Origin: Azolla caroliniana
Lineage: Eukaryota > Plantae > Polypodiophyta
Length of the DNA: 64,000 nucleotides
NCBI GenBank assembly: GCA_043228905.1
Contig: JBHGNT010000003.1
Coordinates: 7,254,001-7,318,000, forward strand
Direction of reading: 5' to 3'
Numbering within the stretch: the first letter of the stretch is position 1; each line of letters opens with the position of its first letter. The notes under the pieces were generated by a model that was given only the letters and a program-made list of their open reading frames with translations, searched no databases and was not told where the DNA came from. The position numbers were made by a program, and so were the translations under genes. Below, in pieces: positions 1 to 11,580 of this stretch.

Positions 1-302
1 ACCGGAGACACGAACACCAACGGACGTGAGTGACGATGTGCGGTACTCACGGGCAACTGGGACACCAACGTGTAAGTGACCATGTGCGGTCCTCACCAGA
101 GACACGAACATCAACGGATGTGAGTGACCCTATACGGTCCTCCCCAGGAACTGGGACACCAATGTGTGTGAGAGACCATGTGTGATCCTCACTGAGAACT
201 AGGACACCAACGGCGTGAGGGACCATGTGTGGTCCTCAATGGAGACACAAACACTAATGGACGTGAGCGACCTTGCACGGTCCTTACTGGGAACTAGAAC
301 AC
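1..302. repeat. ~47-bp degenerate tandem repeat (alternating A/B units, ~95-bp higher order), truncated by window start
   Basis: Recurring core 'gacaccaac..gtgagtgaccatgtgcggtcctcac', alternating 'gagacacgaac' and 'gaactgggac' variants, about 6 units. Confidence 0.75.
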
Positions 303-304
303 TT

Positions 305-935
305 GACGACGATGAAGGTTAAGCAAAGTTGTGTTGATGACGACAACAAGAGGGCTGAAGATGATGATGTCGAAGATGAAGCAATGAAGGCAATGATGTT
401 GACGAAGCGTCTTTGGACGCAATGACTTTGACTATGGAATGATGGAAACAGAGAAAGACATGAAGAGGAAAAAAACACAAAGATCGAGACATTGAGGATC
501 TGAAGAAACACAAAGACTCAAATACAGAGGGTGATAGAAAACATAGAGGCAAGGATGAGGGTGATAGGAAACACAAAGAAAGGGACGAAGATAATAAGAA
601 ACACATAGATAGAGATGAAATATGTAGGAAACACAAGGAGAAGGATGACAACGACAAAAAAATGCAAAGATAGGGATGTGGAAGATGATAAGAAGCACAA
701 AGATAGGGATGATGATGATAAGAAACACAGAGATAGATATGTGGAGGATGAGAAGAAACTAAAAAACAGAGACGATGATGAGGAGAAACTAAAAGACAGA
801 GACAACGATGAGAAGAAACTAGGAGATAGAGATGACAAGGAAGATAGGAAACAAAGGGATGTTGATGACGGTAACTCTGGAATCAAGGACAATGACGATG
901 GTAACTCTAGAAACAAGGGCAATGACAAAGACATG
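305..935. repeat. ~30-bp purine-rich degenerate tandem repeat
   Basis: Units like 'gatgatgataagaaacacagagataga'; yields the K/D/R-rich ORF 615-938 and antisense S/L/F ORFs. Confidence 0.75.
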
Positions 936-964
936 TGATGCTTCTATTTGGAAGGGATTCAAAC

Positions 965-1424
965 TGTCACGGACACATCAACCACGGACTACGATGTAGC
1001 CTGGATGACAAGGCTACAACCGATAAGGTTACGAACGCGGAACTCGACTTGATAATGCTAGAAACTTGGGAAGTTGGGAGCGACGAGATGAGGAACTTAA
1101 GATTCTAGGAACAATACGAAAGAGCATAAACAAGAATACTAGATTGATGTGTCAGTGACTAGCATTGAATCCCTTGAAAGGGACCAAGGAGATTACAAGT
1201 ATTTATACATGTTTGTGGGCTCTACATGTAGTTCCATGCATTGACCCATTTTCATGCAGAAGCTTCTGGAGGTTTCTCGAAGCTTCTAAAAACTCCTAGA
1301 ACTTTGAGTAGATAATTTACTAAGATATACATAACATGACTATCTATTTGGATGTGTTGGTTAGAACAAAACACTTGAGTATATACAAGAGGTGAAGAGT
1401 TTGATTCTTTACATGACTGTGACA
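965..1424. mobile_element. Probable solo LTR (~460 bp)
   Basis: Inverted termini TGTCAC...GTGACA; flanks CAAAC (960-964) and CAACC (1425-1429) look like a 5-bp TSD with one mismatch. Confidence 0.65.
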
Positions 1425-1574
1425 CAACCAATCCCATTGATTGAACGACTTGATAAGTCAGTCGTTCGAACTTTTGTGTTTGTTGACCCGGACAACATTC
1501 CCATCGTGTTATGTGTCCATTCGAGACCCCCATGTTTTAGGTTTATCACAAATCCACATCTTTTATGACTATGC

Positions 1575-2826
1575 TTTTGGAATTGCAATAGATTCACATG
1601 GAATGCGAGATTTGGCATAGAGGAGTTCACTGATGACTTAGATATGACACTTCTTGTTGAAACATGGAAGCAGGATACTCAAAGGATTCAAGGTTTAGGA
1701 AACATAATGTACACTCTTTGATATGGGCAAAAAATCCAAAACAACAAAGAGGACAAGGAGGGGTGGTGTGTTTGATTAAGAAGGAAATGGAGAAATATGT
1801 ATTGATCATTGAAAATAATGAACATAAATGCCACATATGACTCAAAATAGAAACACCTAATGATTTGCCCACTTTTGTAGTTGGATGTTACATTCCTCAT
1901 CAAGATTCTAACTTTTATGCTTGTTTGGATAAAGATCAACCTTTTGCTAATCTAGAAGATTATATTACTTATTTCAAATCCAAAGGGCAAGACATTGTCT
2001 TTGGTGACATTAATGCCCCTACAAGAAGTTTCCAACTTGATGCACAACAATCTTTCATGTCCCATATCTCACGGATATAAGAGGATATATATACAAATGT
2101 ATAGGCTAAACTGCCCTTCTAACGAAAAGAAGATCTAGACCAATTTGGGAAGCTAATCCTACAAATGTGCAATAGTGTCAAATTGTTTATTGCAAATGGT
2201 GTGTCCTTATGGCCCAACATTAATGCTCAAATGGACAAAAACAAAAGCACATGCAACACAACACACTTGCTTCTTGATGCATCACTAGATTCCTTTGTAA
2301 ATGAGACATTTTTGCAGCACCAATGTATCATGACATGGGACAAATGTTAAGGCTCATGCTTTACGCATTATATGTCACATGTTGTAACTAACTACAAAAC
2401 TATATTCTTCATGGAATGGGGAAACCATACACATCGATACAAGTTAGAGCCCATCCCGTTGTCTACCATCGAACCATTCCTTCCATGCAATTTAGCTAAC
2501 ATGCATTGTGATGTGAGATGGGGGTTTAGAGCACAAGTGATGAGAGTGGTCAACTATGCACATTGTGCCCTAAACAAGTTTGAGAGTTTTAGTATTGCAC
2601 TTTGATACAATGCTTTGCCTTTGATCATATTTAACCATGCTTTCCACACATATTTGACCAAGCCCAATCCTTGCACAAATTTCTCTCACGACGACATTGT
2701 GCACTCTTGATTGCAATAGTCATTGCTAAAGTTCTGGAACATCGAGAGTCGCTACTCACTTTCACATGTATCGCATGCAATTAACATTTTTGGTCTCATG
2801 GATTATATTTGACCTCCAAAGATGAT
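1575..2826 (+). mobile_element. Internally deleted LINE copy (endonuclease N-part fused to 3' end), same family as 2825-8630
   Basis: EN motifs WNC, LLVETW, CYIPHQDS, VFGDINA (1577-2215) duplicate 2825-3210; 2250-2826 duplicates the 3' end at 8055-8622 ('tgacctccaaagatgataa'). Confidence 0.8.
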
Positions 2827-5800
2827 AAATGCTACATATGGCTCAAAATAGAAACACTTAATGATTTGCCCACTTTTGTAGTTGGATGTTACATTCCTCA
2901 TCAAGATTCTAACTTTTATGCTTGTTTGGATAAAGATCAACCTTTTGCCAATCTAGAAGATGATATTGCTTATTTCAAATCCAAAGGGGAAGTTATTGTC
3001 TTTGGTGACATGAATGCTCGTACAAGAAGTTTCCAACTTTATTCGCAAGAATCTTTCATGCTACATATCTCAAGGATGCAAGAGGATATGCAAATATATA
3101 GTCGCTCTTCTAGTGATGAAAAAGATACGGATCAATTTGGGAAGTTACTCCTACAAATGTGCAATAGTACCGGATTGCTTATTGCAAATGATATTTCCTT
3201 ATGGCCAAACACTAATGGTTTTACATGTAGAAAACACAATGAAAATAATGTGATTGACTATGTGCTACTTTCTGAAGGTATTTTGGATCGTATACATAAA
3301 TTCTCACTTGGTGAATGGACACCGAAATCCGATCATTGGCCTTTATGTATTGATCTCAAATGTATGCATAGGTTTGATTGTGAGAAGGCTATTGAAGATA
3401 ATAAACAACCGCACTTGAGCATGAACCTTAAGCGAGCGCTCATGTATTCCAAGATGGTTGAGGATATATTACAAATGACAAAGATACAACATGGTGCCAC
3501 ACTAGAATGCAAATGGGAAGCTTTCAAGAAAGTCATTCTCTCCTATACAAACAAATGTTTTTCGACCAACCGCACATCTTGGAAATGCACCAAGAAACTA
3601 AGGAAAAAATGGTTTGATAAAGAATGTCATGAAGCTTGAAAGTGCCTTATGGTTTTGGATGTATTTAAGGATAAAGAGAAATACCAAATGCATTTGCATG
3701 AGTATAAAAGGCTTATTCAAAGAAAGAGAAGAATATGGGTAGTTGCTTCAACCATGATTTACAAACACAGAAGTCTGGACAATGGCTAAATCCCTGGGTA
3801 AATATGTGTGTCCTGGAAAGGATGCCATATGAGTGGTATTCTATTTGCACTACTAGGACTTGTTGAGGCCTATTCTTACTAGAGCAGTTAATTTAATTTT
3901 TTCAACAAGGAATATGTCCGATGAATGGACGGAAGGAATCATATACATGATCCGAAATCAGACGCTCAATGTAATGAAATATCAAAATGGCATCCAATAA
4001 CTTTGCTTAACAACATCTATAAAATAGTAGCAAAGATTATAGCTAATAGAATGCGATCGTTGCTTCCCTCGATTATACATGATACACAATCAGGATTCCT
4101 TCAAGATAGAAGCATCTTTGACAATATCTTCCTTTTTTGGGAGATGATTGCATTGGCTCAACATCACAAACAGTCCCTTGCTATACTATTATTAGATTTT
4201 GAGAAAGCATATGATAAAGTAGACTGGGACTTTCTAGAGGCAGTTCTATTAAGATTAGGGTTTCCAAGTGCATGGATAAAAGGTGTGTCTGCATTATATA
4301 GACATGCTTCTAGCTTAGTTCTATTTTCTGGAGGCAATGGTACATTATTTCCAATTTCCAGATCTGTTTGACAAGGTTGTCAGTTAGCACCATTTCTTTT
4401 CATTTTATTTGGGGAAGCTCTATCATCTTTTCTTATATCCTCAACGCAGACATCCAAGCAATAGCCTTACCTATTGCAAACTCGATAGTTCTTGATGCTG
4501 AGTTTGCGGATGACACTGCTCTTTATATTCGCAGAGATTTTGTTAATCTTGATCGGGTACAAAATGCTTTACAGATATTTTCAGATGTTATTGGCGCCTC
4601 TCAATTGGAATAAATATGTAGGCCTTTGGGTCAGTGATGAACCGCGTCCAGAATGGTATCCAGGCCCTGCATTCCGTTGGCTAAATCATGGGGAGCCCAT
4701 TCGTTACTTAGGTTGTCTTGTTGGTATAGATTTACCATCTGAAGTGATGCTATCACCATTGCTATTATCAATTAAGCGTAAGTTGGTATATTGGGACTCA
4801 CAACAGTTATCCCTTGCAAGTCGGGTTGTCATTGCAAATTCGGTGTTCTTGGCCTCAATGTGGTTTATCGCATCTGCTTGGTTGTTCTCTAGATCGGCAA
4901 TCATGAAAGTTCAAAGCCTCATACATAACTTCCTTTGGGGTGGAAAAAATGGGTCTCGTGCAGTGGCCAAGGTGGCATGGGATGTTTTGATTAGGCCAAA
5001 AAGTCAAGGAGGGTTGGCACTAATAGATCCCTTAATGCAATCTCGAGCTCTCTTGACAAAGTTTGTAGTCAGAGGACTATTGCTAGGGACAAAGGCATGG
5101 AAGGTTATGGTACTCAATCAGCTGATGCAATTATCTCCCAAGACGGGAGGAAACTGGTTGCCTTCTTTGAAATGGATGTTCTTGACACATATACAAACAC
5201 CGAGATGGAATCTAATATCCAATATATTTCTACTAGGAATCGTCAGAACATGGGATGTAATCAAGATTTTTTTACACAAGGAGATGCCTAACACGTGGGA
5301 TGGTTGGATAAATCAACCACTTTTGGCTGATTCTCTCGTCTGGGATTCTATTGGAAATCTATTGGGCCTTAGACCTCGTCTTGCATGGGGAAAACTTGAC
5401 AATGAGCCGGTAGCATCAGTAGGATCCTGGATTCATTTTCAGCAGATGCCAGAAGTGGATTGGCTTAAGTAGTTACACTCGATATATGGGGCGAAGACAA
5501 TGACAATGGATATTTTAGTGACATTCTCTTAGGCCTCAGCGTGACTTCAACCAACGCAGGAGCATATGTGGTTTGGTTGCCTTACGAATGGCATGATGCT
5601 CTTTGTTAAAGGAATTTCTATAGATGGGTGTATTTTTTATTTCCATATTCAACAGGATAATAAATTGTAGCCTTATACACCCTCTAATAATTTGCACTAC
5701 AAAACCTACTCGTTGTTCCAGTTAGGGTGATTGCCAAAATTGGTAAGAAATTGTTCTTGAATCCACAACCGTCAATAGCCCATTTGTGGGATATGCTTTG

Positions 5801-8623
5801 GTTATATGCACGACAACCAGTTAATAGGTTGATGTGGGACCCAGGGGGATGGTTTTGAACTAGTCCCATGATGGATCCAATGCACAAAGTTCCATTCTTT
5901 CAGTATACTGTGAAATTTGGTAGAACCTTACGCATGTCTAAGAATATTCCAAAACATGCAGTTCAAAAGCACTGGAATAAGTGGGGTGTTTCAAGCAATC
6001 ACTTGAAGGCTTATTGGAAATGGATTTGGTCTTTTAGGGGACCAAAAAAATACACTCTCTTCATATGGTTTTTACTACATGCAGCACTACTAGTAGGTCA
6101 ATCTTTGAAAGGAAACATGGCACCCGTTCTTAGACAATGTAGTTATTGTGGTGACTTTCAGGAAACTACCAAGCATGCTCTCTGGTCCTATTCACTAGCC
6201 CAACAGGTATGGAATAAAATTCTTTCTTTATTCTTAACAATTAATGCAGGTTTCCTCTTCTCCTAGGGATCAATGGTATGGGGGGTTTGTATCCTTTTTG
6301 TATATAACACTCTTTAATTGTACATTTTGTAGCCTTCCGACGTTTTTTTCTTATCACTAATGAAGGAAATCGTTTTGGAAAAGAGAGAGAGAGAGAGAGA
6401 GAGAGAAGAAGAAGAAGAAGAAGAAGAAGAAGAAGAATATGGGAAGTTACTCAACAATTTATCCAAACACAAGAGAAAGTACATGCATGTGCTAAATTTT
6501 GGGGAAATTTAAAGGGGAAACGTGTTGAGAGTTATGGTGACTTAACTCTTCACGACTTGTCTATGCATTGTAAGAATTTATATGAGTTATCTCTTGCTGG
6601 AAAGATGATGTGTTATGTTTCTCTTTCACATATGTCTCCCTTCTTTACAATTGAAGATATATGCATAGGACTTAAGAAATTGGTCTCTCGAAAGGCAAAT
6701 GATCTTCAATGTATAAAGGCTGAAATGCTCAAATGGACAAGAAAGGAAGCACATGTATGGATAAGCAATATGTTTAATGATGCATTGCAACATGGTATGT
6801 CGTACGATTGGACTACTAATTGGATCAAACCTTTACATAAAGGTGGAGATGTAAATAATGTAAACAACTATCGAACCATCATGGTTGGCTCATTAATTGC
6901 AAAACTATTTGGATGTATAATGGAATCAAAGATAAGTGTATGGGCTGAAAAAAATGTTAAGAGAGCTTAAGGACAAGCTGGCTTTCAAAAACACCATAGC
7001 ACCATTGATCACCTTGTCACCCTTCGAGTATTAATGGAGGAAAGTCGCCTTAGAGGTAAAGGTTTATATTGTTGCATGTTGCTTTGATACGGTACCTTGT
7101 GAGCATCTTTGGAGGCGAATGGAAGAACTTGAGGTGTCAAGTGAATATATGCTTGCAATTTATGAGAAGGTTATATGTTGTGTGCATATGAGAGATAAAC
7201 TTTCAGATTTTTTCAAAAGCAGTATTGGTGTTAAGCAAGGATGCCCACTCTCACCAACACTATTTGGTCTATGCATTGATGAATTGGAAGAAATGGTTAC
7301 CAAGTTTGCAAAGGAAGAATATGTTGAACTAGTTGCCATTGGGAATGTTGTGATTATGCTTTTGCTATATGCAGATGATGTAGTGCTTTTTGCAAATACT
7401 TTAGGAGATGCACAAAAGCTTATGAAGGAATTGGAAAAATTTTGCATGCATACTAAATTAAGTGTCAATAGCTCTAAAACAAAGACTATGCTTATTAAGA
7501 GCCAAAAAAGAGATAAACCATACATTATGTACAACAGTGAGCCACTTGAATGTGTGGAAAGCTTCAAATATCTTGGCCTTGAAGTTCCTTCAAATCATAG
7601 ATGGAATGAATGTGCTACACGCCGCTTAGAGGCGGGTAAAGCATACTATGCATTTGAGAACACATGCAAGCTTGGAGATATTAAGTGTTGGGTCCTCAAG
7701 CTTGGAGATATTACGTGTTCCTCTCTATGTGGTGGAAGTATGGGGCGGTAGCATCCCTAAATCTATGTGGAAAGAGTTTGAAAATGTCCAAAAACATTTT
7801 CTTACAAAGATTCTACAAGTTAAGAAACAAACACCCTACACCCTCCTCCTTGAGACGGGATCGCTTCCAATTGAGATCATGGCCATTGAAAGGGTTGTTG
7901 AATACATGCTTAAGGTACAAAAAAGTCCCTCAGATCGACTTCCTAGAATTGCATGAGAAGCAAGCAAAAAGATCCTAAAGACGCATAAAAGCAAAATTAT
8001 GTTTTCCAGTTGGGTGCAAGATATAGAAAAATGGCTTGGTAGATGGGATGTGAGACACTTGCTTCATGATGCATCACTAGATTCCTCTGTAAATGAGGCC
8101 TTTTTGCAATGCCAATGTATCATGACATGGGACAAATGTGGAGGCTCACGCTTCACACGTTATACTACACATGTTGCACCTAACTACAAAACCATATTCT
8201 TTGTGGAACGGGGAAACCGTACACATCGATACATGTTAGAGCCCATACCATTATCTGTCATTCGAACCATTGCTTCCATGCGACTAAGCTCACATGCATT
8301 GCGATGTGAAACAGGGCGTTGGGGCACAAGTGATGAGAGTGGTCAGTTATGCACACTTTGCCCTGAACAAGTTTGTGAGTCTGAGTATCACACTTTGATA
8401 CAATGCTTTGCCTTTTATCATATTTGCCCATGCTTTCCATATCTCTTCGATCGAGCCCAATCCTCGTATGAATTCCTCTCACAACCACAATGTGCACTCT
8501 CGATTGCAACATTCATTTGTAAAGTTCTTGAACATCGAGAGTCACTACTCACTTTCATGCGTATCACGTGAAATGTAATATTTTTGGTTTCATAGGTCAT
8601 ATTTGACCTCCGAAGACGATAAT

Positions 8624-8630
<7 letters not shown>
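2825..8630 (+). mobile_element. Non-LTR retrotransposon (APE endonuclease + RT + C-terminal CCHC-like domain; RTE/RTEX-like), decayed and interrupted by an L1
   Basis: EN ORF 2809-3639 (FGDMNART, IDYVL, SDH); RT 6557-7950 (PLHKGG..NNYRTI, GVKQGCPLSPTLF, LLYADD, FKYLG); C-terminal RLSSHALRCETGRW..CTLC..EYHTLIQC; ends 'gataatataat' before (CT)n(CA)n; stops and frameshifts. Confidence 0.88.
3740..6430 (+). mobile_element. 5'-truncated L1-clade LINE inserted into the RTE/RTEX-like LINE
   Basis: WHPITLLNNIYKIVAK, QSGF, LDFEKAYDKVDW, EFADDT, IRYLG, FLWGG..KVAW, GGL, zf-RVT-like CSYC..KH..; flanked by the direct repeat AGAAGAATATGGG (3727-3739, 6431-6443); (GA)n(GAA)n 3' end. Confidence 0.9.

Positions 8631-8672
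<42 letters not shown>
8628..8672. repeat. (CT)n(CA)n compound microsatellite
   Basis: Directly visible at the LINE 3' end. Confidence 0.9.
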
Positions 8673-8673
<1 letters not shown>

Positions 8674-8937
8674 TAAGGGGAACTATCCAAATCTAAATAA
8701 ATTATACATGAACAAATTACTTTAAGATGGAATGCATTGCATTTGTTTCATAATACCTTAATAGACTTTTGGGGGATTTGGTTTTTCTGCAATGAAAATG
8801 TATCAAGAGGTGGAAGCTTATACATTAAACATTAGTTATGGATGTTATTGTTATAGAGAAAAACTTAGGGACCAATACTCAAGCTAATTTTTATGGTTTA
8901 AGGGTGGATAAGTAAATAGGTATTTATCCTAGGACTT

Positions 8938-9037
8938 NNNNNNNNNNNNNNNNNNNNNNNNNNNNNNNNNNNNNNNNNNNNNNNNNNNNNNNNNNNNNNN
9001 NNNNNNNNNNNNNNNNNNNNNNNNNNNNNNNNNNNNN
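8938..9037. other. Assembly gap (100 N)
   Basis: Run of N. Confidence 1.
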
Positions 9038-10514
9038 AATTATTGTCCCATTCTTATTCTCGCAACTACATGATCAAGTTGTGTATAGTTATACACATTT
9101 ACTATATATGTGAGACACATATTTGGGTGATCTTCTTCATCATGTAGAAGTTATCAACCCAATAAATGCATTGAGACTAATGTCTCTTTGTCAATATCCT
9201 TCGCAACATGACAGAAGTGAAGGAAAATATGTTTTCTGTTCCTTTCTGTTATTCCATTCTATCAATTACCATTACCAAAATTTGCACAAGATTTCTATGT
9301 TTGAGAGCTTGATCCACACGAATCGTTGTTGGTGACCATTTAGCACTATGTATGTCTGGTAAGCCTCAAACGCCTCATATTGTGTAATTTTACCTCCTAC
9401 TTGTAAGCTTTACCTCACAATCCAAAGAGAAATATTATACAACCATGACAAAATATGCATACTCTCATTGCCTTTGTAACTTGGCTGATAACAATCATCA
9501 AATCCATTCTATCCATGAATAATATGATGTTGGTTTATCCTCTGCAATATTCCATTTAAGAAACCATATTCCTCATTTCCATCAATATAAAAGTAGTAGA
9601 GGTGAGACTTTAGGTGAAGTCTTCCAAATTGGACCGAATATCAGCACATGCAGTGTTTTTCTATTATTAATGTCATGTTCTCCCAAATGTTTTCTTACAT
9701 TGAATGAGTGTGAAGGAAGATGCGATAATGTTGATGGAACATAGTCTAAATGACAAACTCCACTACAACTTGTAGTGTAGTGAGTGTTAGATGCCATGTC
9801 AGTTCATCGATAAAGTCAATAATATAGAAAGACCATGAATTGAGAACTCCATTGGCATGGATCCAACTATACTAATAGGATCCATGTAAAACATCTTCCA
9901 CAAGGCATACAACCTTAAGTTTAACATCCCATTCATGAGCTCCCACATCACGAAAACATTTCCTTGGTTCCTTCCAATCCAAGGCTCCAATGGTCTTGCG
10001 AATTAATCATACCCACACGATAGTTTTCATGACATCAAATGAAAGGTTCTTGGAGGAAGAAAAAAATCAAGATGGATGCCAAAGCTTTGTGAAAATCATA
10101 TGGAAGATTATGAGAAAGTACTATCCCAATATGGTTTGTGAATGCCCCAGCAAGCAAGAGTATTATAACTGTACAACAAATCAGCCTCGATATAATGAAA
10201 TGACACATTGCCATTGCTCGGAATACCCTCCACCTCCTTTAACCAACAAGTACAAGACCTCATCGCATAGTTCCAATGTGATGCTTCTTGCCTTGATTAT
10301 GGATGAGAACATCTAGTGCCAGATTGCCCTGAAAAGAAAAAGAAAGTCAACGCAAGCTTATGAACAGTTGTTTCCTTGCAAATAAGAGCAAATATGGTTA
10401 CCTGAGCCCAACATATAGGTCACACACAATCTATACCAACATGAGCAAGGGATGCAAACAGTGACACGAAGAAAGTAAAAGTCACGGAAAATGCAATCGA
10501 AAAAAACATCACAT

Positions 10515-11000
10515 CACACTACCTTAGTCCTACACTCGGGGATGACAAAATGGCTAGAGAACACATCAACAAACAAATTGACGGATTACCTACCCACCTA
10601 GGAGTGGTTTCAAGAGTACACCACTCTACTTCGACATGAAGAAAAGCAACATGAGCCCCAAAACACAAAGCCTCGATTTTAGCCAATTTAAGGAATGAGC
10701 ATATTTCCGCAAAGATCGTGCTAACAAAATAAATGACTTCTCTCCTGGGCACGGAGGAACTATCATACGCTAAGACAACCCCCCCCCTAAGGAGCTGAAT
10801 GTTGCACTTTGACAACAAATCTCTCTCAAGGAAGGTTACAAAGAAATTGGGAGCTTGGATCTATACATACTATAATTCTTTAACAATATACTATAATATT
10901 GGTCGTCGATGGATCTTGGATCTATACATACATACATGGAAGTGCTTGGTGCTAGCAATGCATGTGAAGAATAGAATGGATAAAGTTGAAGATTAGTATG
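10515..11000 (+). repeat. Upstream flank of U3 copy 1, present as a diverged inverted copy at ~16815-17245
   Basis: e.g. 'cctaggagtggtttcaagagtacaccactc' and 'tgttgcactttgacaacaaatctctctca' occur as reverse complements near 17130-17158 and 16950-16978. Confidence 0.85.
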
Positions 11001-11008
11001 GGTTTAAT

Positions 11009-11051
11009 GTCCCACATATAAACGCATTCATAAAACTGAAGCTTTTATATA
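11009..11051 (+). promoter_or_regulatory. Plant snRNA-type promoter: USE (GTCCCACATAT) + TATA (TTTATATA), Pol III spacing
   Basis: USE 11009-11019 matches consensus RTCCCACATCG at 9/11; TTTATATA 11044-11051; 24-bp spacer as in plant U6/U3 Pol III genes. Confidence 0.9.
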
Positions 11052-11075
11052 AGCCATGAGTAGGGCTATTCTATC

Positions 11076-11316
11076 ACGACTATACTTGAACAGGATCTGT
11101 TCTATAGTTCGTACCTCTTGTGTGAGCAATTCTCTGCTCAGACAAATGCCTGCACTACTCGGAAGATGAAGTATGTGCTCCATCTGCCAGAGCGCGAATA
11201 CACACTCAAATCTCTCCTTCCTCCTCATCAGAGGAAGAAGAAGAGGCTGTTGATGACCGTCCTGCAGCGTGAATAATTCCCACCTGCAGTGAAGGCAGAT
11301 GAGCGATCTGACGAGT
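11076..11316 (+). ncRNA. U3: U3 small nucleolar RNA (copy 1)
   Basis: 5' ACGACTATACTTGAACAGGATCTGTTCTATAG matches the plant U3 GAC/A'/A boxes; box C' GATGA, box B GAGCGCGA, box C TGATGA, box D TCTGA; terminal stem ACTCG/CGAGT. Confidence 0.95.
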
Positions 11317-11325
11317 AATTCCCCA

Positions 11326-11332
11326 TTTTTTT
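11326..11332 (+). terminator. Pol III oligo-T terminator of U3 copy 1
   Basis: T7 run about 10 nt after the terminal stem. Confidence 0.75.
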
Positions 11333-11403
11333 GTTTGTTTAGTAATGATTCCTTTTTCTTTTGCAAAATTGCACCGATCGAAATGGAGAAGGTAAAGGCT
11401 GGA

Positions 11404-11580
11404 TGAGCGACCTCACGAGTTATCTTTCTGTGATATCAATTCAATGTATGTGCTAGTAAAAAGAAATGGAACAAAGATACTGCTACTTTCCTGAGCGACC
11501 TCACGAGTTATCTTTCTGTGATATCAATTCAATGTATGTGCTAGTAAAAAGAAATGGAACAAAGATACTACTACTTTCCT
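11404..11580. repeat. 88-bp near-perfect tandem duplication
   Basis: 'tgagcgacctcacgagttatc...tactttcc' starts at 11404 and again at 11492. Confidence 0.9.

Noticed and set aside
1-302. CRISPR-like periodicity
   Set aside because: Whole units are similar to each other with no unique spacers; eukaryotic context; no cas genes
284-938. K/D/R-rich and S/L/F-rich ORFs
   Set aside because: By-products of a 30-bp low-complexity repeat; no domain recognised
11028-11366. 112-aa minus-strand ORF
   Set aside because: Antisense to the U3 snoRNA; frame is not preserved in copy 2
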